From an uncultured Candidatus Saccharibacteria bacterium (lineage in GTDB: Bacteria > Patescibacteriota > Minisyncoccia > Portnoybacterales > UBA2143): a DNA stretch of 64,000 nucleotides. The notes under the pieces were generated by a model that was not told where the DNA came from, did no database searches, and saw nothing but the letters and a program-made list of their open reading frames with translations. The stretch lies in NCBI GenBank assembly GCA_964413015.1, contig CAYPQZ010000006.1, forward strand, positions 74,415-138,414. The letters run 5' to 3'. Both the position numbers and the translations under genes were made by a program. Numbering within the stretch: position 1 is the first letter of the stretch; the number at the start of each line of letters is the position of its first letter. Positions 1 through 9,625 of the stretch are shown in pieces.

Positions 1-1
1 C

Positions 2-787
2 AAACTGTTCAGTCCTAGGACTAAAGTTATTTTCACTTTTCATTGCCGGGACTATTTTCATCAAAAATGGAGCGGTTTTGCCCGGTTTTCTTTGAAATTA
101 GGCGAGTTTGTCGGCTGTTATTTAGCCGACGAGGTCATCCCAGTTTCTTCAGAAATCCAGGCGTATGTAGAGCGTAAATATAACCGCCGGGCTAACTTTA
201 TTCCTCATGGGGTCGTTCAGGAAAAATATGTTCCGGCTAAAATTATTAAGCAATGGAGTCTGGCTCAAGGCAATTATCTTTTAGTTGTTAGCCGATTGAT
301 TAAACATAAAGGCATTCATTATTTAATAGACGCTTTTAAAAAAATTAAGACAGATAAAAAGTTGGTAATTGTCGGCCCTTGTTTTTACACTCAGTCCTAT
401 GAACAAAAGCTCAAGGAGATGTCTGAAAAAGATGATCGGATTATCTTCTTGGGCGCTCAACAAGGCAAGGCCCTGAAAGAGCTTTACAGCAATGCATATT
501 TCTTCATTAATCCTTCGGAGCAGGAAGGGCTTCCTTTTACGGTTTTGGAAGCAGCCAGTTTTGGAATAGCGCTTTTGCTTTCAGATATTGCGATTCACCA
601 GAAGATGTTTGGAAAGCTGCCTTTTTTATTTAGGAATAAAAGCATTCGGGACTTAAAAGAAAAAATGGAGTTTCTTTTAGAAAATAGGCAGTTGGTTTCT
701 AAGACTAGCCGGGAATTTAAGAATTATGCTAAAGAAAACTATAACTGGAACAGAGTTGTGGACAGGACAATTTTGAGATACGCTTAG
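2..787 (+). CDS. Glycosyltransferase family 4 (GT-B), 5'-partial
   Basis: Frame stays open to the window start; GT4 C-terminal signature PSEQEGLPFTVLEA and SRLIKHKG. Confidence 0.9.
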   Translation, partial: KLFSPRTKVIFTFHCRDYFHQKWSGFARFSLKLGEFVGCYLADEVIPVSSEIQAYVERKYNRRANFIPHGVVQEKYVPAKIIKQWSLAQGNYLLVVSRLIKHKGIHYLIDAFKKIKTDKKLVIVGPCFYTQSYEQKLKEMSEKDDRIIFLGAQQGKALKELYSNAYFFINPSEQEGLPFTVLEAASFGIALLLSDIAIHQKMFGKLPFLFRNKSIRDLKEKMEFLLENRQLVSKTSREFKNYAKENYNWNRVVDRTILRYA

Positions 788-806
788 GTTGTGGTAGAAT
801 TAAAAA

Positions 807-1610
807 ATGCATAGAAATCATATTACCCAGTCAGTCGTCCTGGGGTTGACTACTTTTGTAGCCACTTTGGCTTGGATTGGCCTAAGGAATGTTTTGTTTG
901 AAAAAAGCAATTGGATTCTGCCAAGTATTGGATTTTTAATTCTGCTCACTTTTTTGGGGCTCAGCTGGTTAATTACAAAATCAAGGGCGGTTTTATTAAC
1001 CAACTTGGCAATTGCCTTAATCTGTTTTTTCTTGTCTTTTGGATTTAATTTTGAATATTTAATTATCGTCGTCGTTTCTTTTCTACTTTTCGTTTTCGGG
1101 TCTTGCCAGGCGATTAATGAAAAAAAAGACAGGGTCAAAATTAAAGTTAAGCGGATTTTTAAAAGGGGATTGCCGATGGTTTTAACTGGTTTGTGTTTGT
1201 TAATCGCTGCCGCCTACTATTTTTCGCCCTTAGCTCTGCAAGGAGAAAACGAAATTGAAATTCCCCGTTCTTGGTTTGATAAAATTATTGTCCCGGCGCT
1301 TAATATTTTCGGAGAGCAGACCGACAATTCTTTAATGATGGATAGCCAGCTTAAGAGTCAATTGGAAAACCAGCTTAAGGATGATCTTTATCAGACGGTT
1401 AATCAAGAAATTAACCGGCACAGCCAATCGTATCGGCAGTATTTTTCTCTCGGTTTGGCAATTGGTTTTTTCTTTGCTTTGAGGACCATAGGAATTGTTT
1501 TCGGCTGGCTGGTTATTCTATTAAGCTGGTTAGTCTTCAGGATTTTAGTTTTTTCGGGGGCTGTAAAAATACAAGAAAAAGCGGTTTTAAAAGAGGTTAT
1601 TGAGTTGTAG
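807..1610 (+). CDS. Multi-pass membrane protein of unknown function
   Basis: 267-aa ORF with about 6 hydrophobic segments; TAGAAT -10 box just upstream of the ATG. Confidence 0.75.
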   Translation: MHRNHITQSVVLGLTTFVATLAWIGLRNVLFEKSNWILPSIGFLILLTFLGLSWLITKSRAVLLTNLAIALICFFLSFGFNFEYLIIVVVSFLLFVFGSCQAINEKKDRVKIKVKRIFKRGLPMVLTGLCLLIAAAYYFSPLALQGENEIEIPRSWFDKIIVPALNIFGEQTDNSLMMDSQLKSQLENQLKDDLYQTVNQEINRHSQSYRQYFSLGLAIGFFFALRTIGIVFGWLVILLSWLVFRILVFSGAVKIQEKAVLKEVIEL

Positions 1611-1615
1611 TTGAA

Positions 1616-1675
1616 AAAGGACAGTCCTTAAAATTACGTCCTTTGCAAAGGACGTAATTTTAAGGACTGTCCTTT
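1616..1675. repeat. Family A palindromic element, perfect 60-bp palindrome
   Basis: AAAGGACAGTCCTTAAAATTACGTCCTTTG|CAAAGGACGTAATTTTAAGGACTGTCCTTT. Confidence 0.95.
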
Positions 1676-1685
1676 GATTAATTAT

Positions 1686-2768
1686 ATGAAAGATTACTAC
1701 GAAATTTTAGGCGTTTCTCGGAATGCCACCGAGCAGGAAATAAAGAAGAACTATAGAAAATTAGCCCTTAAATATCATCCTGACCGGGCGCCTCAAGACA
1801 AAAAAAAAGAATACGAAGAGAAATTTAAGGAAGTCAGCCAGGCCTATCGGGCGCTTTCTGACAAAGAAAAAAGAGCTCAGTATGACCAGTTTGGCCAGAC
1901 ATTTGAAAATGGCCAAGGGTCTTCTTTCGGACAGCAGGATTTTCGTTCTTTCCATGAGGCCTTTGGCGGACAGGACATTTTTGAAGATTTAGGTTTTGGC
2001 CGGATTTTTGAAGAAATGTTCGGCTTTGGGCGCGGAACTGAAACTGGTTCAAATGTCCACTATGGCCAGGATATATCTTTGGATATAGAAATTGATTTGG
2101 AAGATTCTTTTCACGGCGCGGAACAGAAGATAGAATTACGCAAGCTAATTATCTGTCCGAAGTGCCAAGGCAAAGGCGGGCAGTCATTGAAAAAATGTCC
2201 GGTCTGTCAGGGGAGCGGTTATGAGCAGATAAACAGCCGGAGTTTGTTCGGTCTTTTTATTCAGCAACGGCCTTGCTCTAATTGCCATGGCCGGGGAGAA
2301 GTTCCGGAAAAGACTTGTCCGGAGTGCCGCGGACAGGGAAGAATTAAACAGGCCCAGAAAATAAAAATAACCGTTCCGTCGGGAATTGACGACGGGCAGG
2401 TTTTAAAACTTTCCGGGTATGGGAATGCCGGTCTTTATGGCGGTCCGGCCGGCGATTTATTCGTTAATATCCATTTGCGGCCGCACAAGCATTTCCAACG
2501 GCAAGGTGATAACTTGCTCCTCAATTTAGAAATTAGCTTTGCTCAAGCAGCTTTAGGTGATAAAATAGAAATACCTTTGTTAGACGGAAAAGCTAATTTG
2601 AAGATTCCGGCTGGCATTCAGCCCGGAGAAATGATAAAATTAAAAGATAAAGGAATGCCTAGTTTGTACGGACGGGGACAGGGCGATTTAATTATTAAGA
2701 TTCAGGTCAAGGTTCCTAAAAAATTATCCCGTAAGCAGAAGAAGATTATTGGGGAATTAAATGGATAG
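1686..2768 (+). CDS. dnaJ: Chaperone DnaJ
   Basis: J domain with HPD, G/F-rich linker, four CxxCxGxG motifs; start set to ATG 1686 (MKDYY). Confidence 0.97.
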   Translation: MKDYYEILGVSRNATEQEIKKNYRKLALKYHPDRAPQDKKKEYEEKFKEVSQAYRALSDKEKRAQYDQFGQTFENGQGSSFGQQDFRSFHEAFGGQDIFEDLGFGRIFEEMFGFGRGTETGSNVHYGQDISLDIEIDLEDSFHGAEQKIELRKLIICPKCQGKGGQSLKKCPVCQGSGYEQINSRSLFGLFIQQRPCSNCHGRGEVPEKTCPECRGQGRIKQAQKIKITVPSGIDDGQVLKLSGYGNAGLYGGPAGDLFVNIHLRPHKHFQRQGDNLLLNLEISFAQAALGDKIEIPLLDGKANLKIPAGIQPGEMIKLKDKGMPSLYGRGQGDLIIKIQVKVPKKLSRKQKKIIGELNG

Positions 2769-2787
2769 TCGCAAAAGCTTCGAAAAT

Positions 2788-2827
2788 AAATTTTGACAAG
2801 GGCAACCCAATAAGAACAGTCTTTTAA
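2788..2827 (-). repeat. Family A element fragment (degenerate)
   Basis: AAATTTTGACAAGG...ATAAGAACAGTCTTT resembles the middle module of the 21509-21725 copy. Confidence 0.6.
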
Positions 2828-2836
2828 TCTATATAA

Positions 2837-3379
2837 ATGGCGATTCGCGATTTTTTAACTAATTTTCATATTGGCGCGGCTTCGGGATGGGATTTGTTTA
2901 TTGTCCTGATTTTTTTGATTGCCGTTTTAGTTTACGGATTTTTTCTGGGACGCAACCGGATGATAATCCTTCTTTTAAGCAGCTATTTTTCTTTGGCGAT
3001 TGTTGAAGTTCTGCCTTGGGAGAGAATCAGTTCTTTATCCTGGTTGGGAGTCGGTTCCGAACCTTCATCTTCTTTGAAAATTCTTATCTTTGCGGGAATT
3101 ATTCTGTTGTTCTACTTTTTAATCCCTCGCTCTATACTCAGCTCAACCCTGAGAATCAGAAACCGAGGAGAGGCCTCCTGGCTGCAATTATTCATCCTAA
3201 GCATTGTTCAGGTCGGTTTGCTGGCAATGGTTATCTTTTCATTTTTGCCGTCCCAACCATTAGGGAATCTTAGCTATTGGATAAAAAAGGCCTTTGTAGA
3301 TCCGGAAGCCCGTTTCGTCTGGATTGCTCTTCCGATTCTGGTCATGGTTTTGATGCGCCGGAGGAAGAAACCGGAATAG
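2837..3379 (+). CDS. Membrane protein of unknown function (about 5 TM)
   Basis: Hydrophobic 180-aa ORF with a basic C-terminal tail. Confidence 0.75.
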   Translation: MAIRDFLTNFHIGAASGWDLFIVLIFLIAVLVYGFFLGRNRMIILLLSSYFSLAIVEVLPWERISSLSWLGVGSEPSSSLKILIFAGIILLFYFLIPRSILSSTLRIRNRGEASWLQLFILSIVQVGLLAMVIFSFLPSQPLGNLSYWIKKAFVDPEARFVWIALPILVMVLMRRRKKPE

Positions 3380-3429
3380 TTCGGTCTTTTAGCTTGATTT
3401 TTGCGGTAAATATTGTAGAATAAAAACGC

Positions 3430-3500
3430 GGGGGTATAGCTCAGGGGCAGAGCAGAAGGCTTTTAACCTTTTGACGGGGGTTCGATTCCCTCTACCCCTA
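3430..3500 (+). tRNA. tRNA-Lys(TTT)
   Basis: Cloverleaf: GGGGGTA/TACCCCT acceptor, GCTC/GAGC D stem, GAAGG-CTTTTAA-CCTTT anticodon arm, TTCGATT T loop; no encoded CCA. Confidence 0.93.
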
Positions 3501-3507
3501 CTGGCAA

Positions 3508-3537
3508 GGCTGGTCTATTAAAGGCCGGTTTTTTTTA
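3508..3537 (+). terminator. Probable intrinsic terminator after tRNA-Lys
   Basis: GGCTGGTC...GGCCGGTT stem (with G-U pairs) followed by a T run. Confidence 0.55.
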
Positions 3538-3582
3538 TTAACAATTGATTGTTTTAGCGGTTTTTGTTAGAATGTTGACAAG

Positions 3583-4998
3583 ATGAAAAGAATTTTATCG
3601 TTTAAAACAATTGAAAAGAAAGGCGAGGAAGTTAAATTAAGCGGCTGGGTTCATTCGCGGCGCGACCACAGCCAGATTATTTTCATTGACTTGCGCGATA
3701 GAGGCGGATTGGTCCAGTTGGTTTTTCTCCCCGATAACCAAGAATGCTATAAATTAGCCGATTCTTTAAGGGGCGAATGGGTAATTGAAGTAATTGGCCA
3801 AGTCAAACAGCGGCCCAGAGGAATGGTTAATGAAAAAATTCCTACCGGAGAAGTAGAGGTGGAAATTAAAACCTTAAAGGTGCTTAATAAGGCCAAAACG
3901 CCGCCTTTTGAAATTGCCGAAGAGCCGGGTAAGGGCAAGAAAGGAGTTAATGAAGAGCTTCGGCTGGAATACCGTTATTTGGATTTAAGGCGGCAGAAAA
4001 TGAGAAGGAATTTATTTGTCCGCCATAAAGTCATTAAGTTAATTAGGGATTTTATGGATAAAAAGGGATTTGTTGAGGTGGAAACGCCTATTTTGACTAA
4101 ATCAACTCCGGAAGGCGCCAGAGACTTCTTAGTCCCCAGCCGTCTGCATTTGGGAGAATTTTACGCTTTGCCGCAAGCCCCCCAGCAATTGAAACAGCTT
4201 TTAATGGTTGCCGGGTTGGAAAAGTATTTTCAGGTTGCCCGCTGTTTCAGGGACGAAGATTTAAGGGGCGACCGCCAGCCGGAATTCACCCAGCTGGATA
4301 TAGAGATGTCTTTTGTCAAACAATCAAATATCTTGAAATTAGTTGAGAAAATGATTATTAAAATCATTAAGGAACTGATTTATGTTGATATAAAATTGTC
4401 AAAAAAGTTTACTTTTAACCCGTTTTTACGACTTGACTACCAGGAAGCCATCAAAAAATATAATACTGATAAGCCGGATTTGCGGAAGAACAAAAAAGAC
4501 CCGAACGAATTAGCATTTGTCTGGGTTTTAAACTGGCCTCTTTTTGAGTGGAACAACGATGAAAAAAGATACGATCCCTGCCACCATGTTTTTACGGCTC
4601 CTCAAGAAAAAGATTTGCCTCTATTGGATAAAAATCCTTTGAAAGTTCGTTCTCGGCAGTATGACTTGGTCCTTAACGGAGGCGAAGTTGGCGGAGGAAG
4701 CATCAGGGTTCACCAGGCGGATATTCAGAAAAAAATATTCAAACTGGTCGGCTTGCAGGAAGAAGAAATCAATGAAAAGTTCGGCCATTTACTGAAGGCC
4801 TTTGCTTATGGAGCGCCGCCTCATGGAGGAATTGCCTTAGGCCTAGATCGTTTTTTAATGACCCTACTTAACGAAAAAAGCATTCGGGAAGTAATTGCTT
4901 TTCCGAAGACAGGCGACGCCCAAGATTTAATCATGAAAGCTCCCAGCAAGGTCAGCCAAGGACAGCTCAAGGAATTAGGCATTAAGTTTGAGTCATAA
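3583..4998 (+). CDS. aspS: Aspartate--tRNA ligase (short form lacking the GAD insertion; probably non-discriminating)
   Basis: OB fold (RRDH..FIDLRD), motif 2 FRDEDLRGDRQPEFTQLD, motif 3 HGGIALGLDR. Confidence 0.95.
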   Translation: MKRILSFKTIEKKGEEVKLSGWVHSRRDHSQIIFIDLRDRGGLVQLVFLPDNQECYKLADSLRGEWVIEVIGQVKQRPRGMVNEKIPTGEVEVEIKTLKVLNKAKTPPFEIAEEPGKGKKGVNEELRLEYRYLDLRRQKMRRNLFVRHKVIKLIRDFMDKKGFVEVETPILTKSTPEGARDFLVPSRLHLGEFYALPQAPQQLKQLLMVAGLEKYFQVARCFRDEDLRGDRQPEFTQLDIEMSFVKQSNILKLVEKMIIKIIKELIYVDIKLSKKFTFNPFLRLDYQEAIKKYNTDKPDLRKNKKDPNELAFVWVLNWPLFEWNNDEKRYDPCHHVFTAPQEKDLPLLDKNPLKVRSRQYDLVLNGGEVGGGSIRVHQADIQKKIFKLVGLQEEEINEKFGHLLKAFAYGAPPHGGIALGLDRFLMTLLNEKSIREVIAFPKTGDAQDLIMKAPSKVSQGQLKELGIKFES

Positions 4999-5007
4999 GA
5001 GACTAAA

Positions 5008-5934
5008 ATGTTAGTTAAATTTTTAATAACCATTTCGGTCATTTTTAATCCGGTATCTTTTCTTGTCGGGCAATTGTCAGCTCCTAAAATTCCAGTTGAT
5101 TTCTCGGGGGCGTCGTTAATCAATTGCGCTTCTATTACAGCGGCATCTTCTCAAAATAATCCTAATTTTTTGCCCATTCGTAATTGGGATATAGCCGAAC
5201 CGGAAACTGAAACCAAAGCGGCTCTAATTTTCAACAAAAACAAGAATAAGATTCTTTATCAAAAAAACATTCATCAGGTCTTGCCAATTGCCAGCTTGAC
5301 TAAATTAATGACTGCCCTGATAGTTTTGGAGAATTTTGAGATTGACAAGGTGGTTTCTATTTCCAAGGAAGCGGTTGCTGGTTACGGCGACCAGGGAGGC
5401 TTGGAAGTTAAAGAAAAACTTTCTATTGGAGACCTGCTTCATGCTTTGTTGATGGAATCCAGTAATGATGCGGCAATTGCTTTGGCGGAAGCCGTTGAAG
5501 AAAAGAAAAGTGTCAATTTTGTTAGCCTAATGAATCAAAAGACGCAGGAATTAGGCCTGAAAAATACTTATTATGCCGACCCCAGCGGGTACGAGCCAAC
5601 GAACGTTTCAACTGCCGAAGAAATTGTCAAGCTGATTGAATACAGCTTTAATTATCCTTTTATCTGGGAGGTTTTTAAGATACCAAGCATCAGGCTATCA
5701 TCAGTTGACGGTTTAACAAATCATTATTGGGTGAATACCGATAAAATGTTAAACCGTTTGCCGGGAGTTATCGGCGGGAAAACCGGCTATACTGATGAAG
5801 CTCAAGGTTGCCTGTTTTTAGTTATTGAACAGAAAAATTCAGGATATTTAATTAGCGTTGTTCTAGGGGCTCAAGAAAGATTTTTAGAAACAGAAAGATT
5901 AATTAATTGGGTTAAAAAAGCATACATTTGGTAA
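5008..5934 (+). CDS. D-alanyl-D-alanine carboxypeptidase (peptidase S11)
   Basis: SxxK (SLTK), SxN (SSN) and KTG motifs; N-terminal signal/anchor. Confidence 0.92.
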   Translation: MLVKFLITISVIFNPVSFLVGQLSAPKIPVDFSGASLINCASITAASSQNNPNFLPIRNWDIAEPETETKAALIFNKNKNKILYQKNIHQVLPIASLTKLMTALIVLENFEIDKVVSISKEAVAGYGDQGGLEVKEKLSIGDLLHALLMESSNDAAIALAEAVEEKKSVNFVSLMNQKTQELGLKNTYYADPSGYEPTNVSTAEEIVKLIEYSFNYPFIWEVFKIPSIRLSSVDGLTNHYWVNTDKMLNRLPGVIGGKTGYTDEAQGCLFLVIEQKNSGYLISVVLGAQERFLETERLINWVKKAYIW

Positions 5935-5951
5935 AAATCAAAAGTCAAATC

Positions 5952-5972
5952 GATAAAAGACAGTCTTTTAAA
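5952..5972. repeat. Family A core fragment
   Basis: GATAAAAGACAGTCTTTTAAA, a variant of GATAAGGACAGTCCTTAAA. Confidence 0.45.
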
Positions 5973-5996
5973 GAAACTAATTTTTTAATTTAAAAC

Positions 5997-7043
5997 ATGC
6001 CTGATATTTTTTACGTCTCTCGGATTTTGGGATTAGGGGCAATTTCATTTATTGTCGCTTTGTTATGGACGCCTGCTCTAACCCATTTTCTTGATAAATA
6101 CCGTTTAGGGAAGCAGATTCGCTCTGAAGGAGCGCCTGTTTTTAATAAATTGCATCATAAAAAAGAAGGCACTCCGACTATGGGAGGCATTTTAATATGG
6201 GTGACCGTGCTTTTCCTGACTTTGCTTTTTTGGTGGCTGGGACAGGCAGGAGAAGGGACTATTTTGGAAAAGCTAAATTTTTTAACTCGTCAAGAAACGC
6301 TTTTGCCTCTGGGTGCCTTAGTGGCTTCTGCCATAGTTGGGCTCGGAGACGACTTGCTCGGCATTTTTAGAAAGGGAGCTAAGGCTGGCGGGTTAAAAGT
6401 AAGACATCGCCTTTTGGTATATACGATTCTTGCCGGATTCGGCGCCTGGTGGTTTTTCTGGAAACTGGAATGGGATTTAATCCATGTTCCTTTTGTCGGA
6501 GATTTTAATATCGGCTGGTGGTACATCGTTATTTTTGTTTTCATCCTGGTAGCTACTGCCCATTCGACTAATTTAACTGACGGATTAGACGGATTGGTTG
6601 GAGGAATCCTTTTAATTGCTTTTGCCGCTTTCGGAACAATCGCTTTTTCCCAAGGCAAAATGGATTTAGCCACTTTTTGCGGAGTGATTATTGGCGCCCT
6701 GCTGGCTTTTCTGTGGTTTAATATTTACCCGGCCCGTTTTTTTATGGGTGATACCGGCGCGATGTCTTTGGGAATCACTTTAGGAATTATTGCTATGCTG
6801 ACCAATACCTTTTTGCTGCTCCCTTTTATTGGCTTTATTCTGGTTATTGAATCAGGTTCAGTAATTATCCAGTTTTTTTCTAAGAGAATTAAAGGAAAGA
6901 AAGTTTTCTTATCTGCTCCGATTCACCATCATTTTGAAGCCAGAGGATGGCCGGAAACAAAAGTAACTATGCGTTTTTGGATTATGGGCGGAGTTATGGC
7001 AGTTATCGGCTTAATTTTAGTTTTTATTGAAAAAATTATCTAA
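5997..7043 (+). CDS. mraY: Phospho-N-acetylmuramoyl-pentapeptide transferase
   Basis: KEGTPTMGG, NLTDGLDGL, FMGDTG and APIHHHFE motifs. Confidence 0.97.
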   Translation: MPDIFYVSRILGLGAISFIVALLWTPALTHFLDKYRLGKQIRSEGAPVFNKLHHKKEGTPTMGGILIWVTVLFLTLLFWWLGQAGEGTILEKLNFLTRQETLLPLGALVASAIVGLGDDLLGIFRKGAKAGGLKVRHRLLVYTILAGFGAWWFFWKLEWDLIHVPFVGDFNIGWWYIVIFVFILVATAHSTNLTDGLDGLVGGILLIAFAAFGTIAFSQGKMDLATFCGVIIGALLAFLWFNIYPARFFMGDTGAMSLGITLGIIAMLTNTFLLLPFIGFILVIESGSVIIQFFSKRIKGKKVFLSAPIHHHFEARGWPETKVTMRFWIMGGVMAVIGLILVFIEKII

Positions 7044-7045
7044 GT

Positions 7046-8449
7046 ATGAAAATTAAAGATTTTAAAGACAAAAAAGTGACTATTATTGGCTTAGGACTGC
7101 ATGGCGGGGGAGTTGGCGCGGCTAAATTTTTCAGCCGGGCCAAAGCCAAAGTCCTGGTCACTGATTTAAAGACTAAAGATGAACTGGCTGAATCAATAGA
7201 AAAATTAAAGAAAGAACCGATTAAATATGTTTTGGGCCAGCACCGGTCAGAGGACTTTATTAATGCTGATTTAATTATCCAGAATCCGGGAGTTAGAGAT
7301 AAATCTAAATATTTGGAAATAGCCAGAGAAAACAATGTTCCGATTGAAACGGATATCGGTATATTTTTCGAGCTTTGTACGGTTCCGATTATCGGCGTTA
7401 CCGGAAGCCGAGGCAAGTCCACAACGAGCGTTTTAATAGCCAGGTTTCTTAAAAGGAGATATTCAGAAGTAATTTTGGCCGGAAATATACGCAGTTCGGC
7501 GCTGTTAAAGTTAAAGAAAATAGATAAAGACACTAAAGTCGTCTTGGAGCTTTCAAGTTGGCAGTTAGCCGGCTTAAAATCGCACAAAAAAAGTCCGGCT
7601 TACGCCGTGTTGACCAATCTCATGCCTGACCATTTAGACAGGTATAAGGATATGGAACAATATATCAGGGACAAAAGAAAAATTTTCCGGTGGCAGAAAT
7701 CAGATAATTATTTAGTCCTTAACTATGACGATAAACAAGTAAGAGAATTTAGCCAGGAAGCAAAGTCGAAAGTGTTCTATTTCAGCCAGAATAATCAATC
7801 GGCATCTGACTTCCAAGGAAGTTTTGTTAAAGACGATAAAATATATTTCAATTCTGAAGAAATCTGTTCTTTGGAGGAAATCCGGTTAAAAGGCAGGCAT
7901 AATCTTAGTAATGTTCTGGCGGCCGTAACGATGGCCAAAATTCATCGGGTGCCCAACAAATCTATCCAAAAAGTTTTAAGCAAATTTGAAGGCCTGGAAG
8001 GCCGTTTGGAGCTAATAGGCGTTGTTAGAGGAATAGAGTATATCAACGATACTACCTCGACTATTCCCGAGGCTTGTCTGGCCGCTTTAAGGACTTTCCC
8101 AAAGCGCAATATTATCCTGATTGCCGGCGGCAATGATAAAAATCTGGAATTTAAAGAGCTTGCCAGAGGGATTGTAAAAAGAGTTAAGGCCGTTATTTTG
8201 CTCAAAGGGAACGCTACTGACAAAATTAAGAAAGCGCTTGATGAAGAATTAAATTTAAATAACCAGTATCTAGAAATAATCGGACCCTTAGACAGCATGG
8301 AAGAAGCCGTTGCCAAAGCAACTGAACAAGCTGAAGAATTTGAAAGAAGCATTGTTTTACTTTCTCCGGCCAGCTCCAGTTTTAGCATGTTCAGGCATGA
8401 ATTTGAAAGAGGCGAGGCCTTTAATAAAGCAGTGTCTTCGTTAAAATGA
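7046..8449 (+). CDS. murD: UDP-MurNAc-L-Ala--D-Glu ligase
   Basis: GLGLHGGG, GSRGKSTT, ELSSWQL, DHLDRY, LLSPASSSF; position after mraY. Confidence 0.95.
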   Translation: MKIKDFKDKKVTIIGLGLHGGGVGAAKFFSRAKAKVLVTDLKTKDELAESIEKLKKEPIKYVLGQHRSEDFINADLIIQNPGVRDKSKYLEIARENNVPIETDIGIFFELCTVPIIGVTGSRGKSTTSVLIARFLKRRYSEVILAGNIRSSALLKLKKIDKDTKVVLELSSWQLAGLKSHKKSPAYAVLTNLMPDHLDRYKDMEQYIRDKRKIFRWQKSDNYLVLNYDDKQVREFSQEAKSKVFYFSQNNQSASDFQGSFVKDDKIYFNSEEICSLEEIRLKGRHNLSNVLAAVTMAKIHRVPNKSIQKVLSKFEGLEGRLELIGVVRGIEYINDTTSTIPEACLAALRTFPKRNIILIAGGNDKNLEFKELARGIVKRVKAVILLKGNATDKIKKALDEELNLNNQYLEIIGPLDSMEEAVAKATEQAEEFERSIVLLSPASSSFSMFRHEFERGEAFNKAVSSLK

Positions 8450-9558
8450 AGAACCATCAACCTGATTACATTTTTATCCTTGTTGTTTTTGCTTTAATTG
8501 CTTTCGGGTTGATTATACTTTTCAGCGCCTCGTCAGTTATTTCACATGAAAAGCTTAGCCAAAGCAACTATTTCCTAAAGCATCAGCTGTTTTACAGCCT
8601 GCCTTTGGCGTTGATTTTTTTTATTATCTGCCAGAGAATTAATTACCGATACTGGAAAAAAGTGGCTTTTCCTTTAATGGTCGTCTCGCTGATTTTACTG
8701 GCTTTGGTTTTTGTTCCTGGGATAGGCAGTGAAAGCGGAGCCAAAAGATGGATTTACTTAGGATTTTCAGTTCAGCCCTTTGAAGTTGTCAAACTAACTT
8801 TTATTATTTACTTAGCCGCTTTACTAAGCCGACTCCGGAAGGTTTCTGAAGCGAGTAAAGAAGATAACGCCCAAGCCATTAAAGAAAGTTTAGCCCCTTT
8901 TTTATTGGTTGCCGGGATTATCGGTCTGCTGGTTTCTTTCCAGCCTAATATGAGCGCTTTGGTAATGACCTCTTTAATTGCCGGCCTGCTCTACTTTCTT
9001 GCCGGCGCCAGGTTATCTTACTTAGCAGCTCTTTCAGGCTTGGCTTTAGCCGGATTTTTTGTTTTAATTAAAGTAGCTCCTTACAGGATGAAAAGATTGA
9101 CGGTTTTTCTCCATCCGGAATGGGATCCTCAAGGCATTGGTTATCAGATTAATCAGGCGCTTTTGGCTATTGGTTCAGGAGGACTCTTTGGATTGGGCTT
9201 TGGGCATAGTATCCAAAAATGGAAGTATCTTCCCGAAGTTATCGGCGATTCCATTTTTGCCATTGCCGCAGAAGAATTCGGTTTAATTGGCGCCGGCCTG
9301 ATAGTTTCATTTTTTGTTATTTTAGCTTGGCGAGGATTCAAAGTTGCTAAAAATTCTTCTGATAGATTTGGCTATCTTTTAGCCGGGGGAATTACCGGTT
9401 GGCTTTTTTTCCAGGCCATTATTAATATATCGGCTATTTCCGGATTAATCCCTTTAACTGGAATTCCTTTGCCTTTTATAAGTTATGGTGGAACTGCCCT
9501 GGTAATTTCGTCGGTCGGGGCAGGGATTTTGGTTAACATATCAAAATACACTAAGTAA
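8446..9558 (+). CDS. ftsW: SEDS peptidoglycan polymerase FtsW
   Basis: GAKRWI, QPFE, LPEVIGDSIF, PLTGIPLPFISYGG; lies between murD and murG. Confidence 0.93.
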   Translation: MKNHQPDYIFILVVFALIAFGLIILFSASSVISHEKLSQSNYFLKHQLFYSLPLALIFFIICQRINYRYWKKVAFPLMVVSLILLALVFVPGIGSESGAKRWIYLGFSVQPFEVVKLTFIIYLAALLSRLRKVSEASKEDNAQAIKESLAPFLLVAGIIGLLVSFQPNMSALVMTSLIAGLLYFLAGARLSYLAALSGLALAGFFVLIKVAPYRMKRLTVFLHPEWDPQGIGYQINQALLAIGSGGLFGLGFGHSIQKWKYLPEVIGDSIFAIAAEEFGLIGAGLIVSFFVILAWRGFKVAKNSSDRFGYLLAGGITGWLFFQAIINISAISGLIPLTGIPLPFISYGGTALVISSVGAGILVNISKYTK

Positions 9559-9625
9559 ATTTTAATTTCTAAGTTTTAATTTTATAAATAAATCTTAAAT
9601 CTTAATTTTTAAACATATTGAAAGT

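Noticed and set aside
9557-9625. AT-rich spacer with AAATCTT/TTTTAAT units between ftsW and murG
   Set aside because: Low complexity and too degenerate to define a repeat family from this window.
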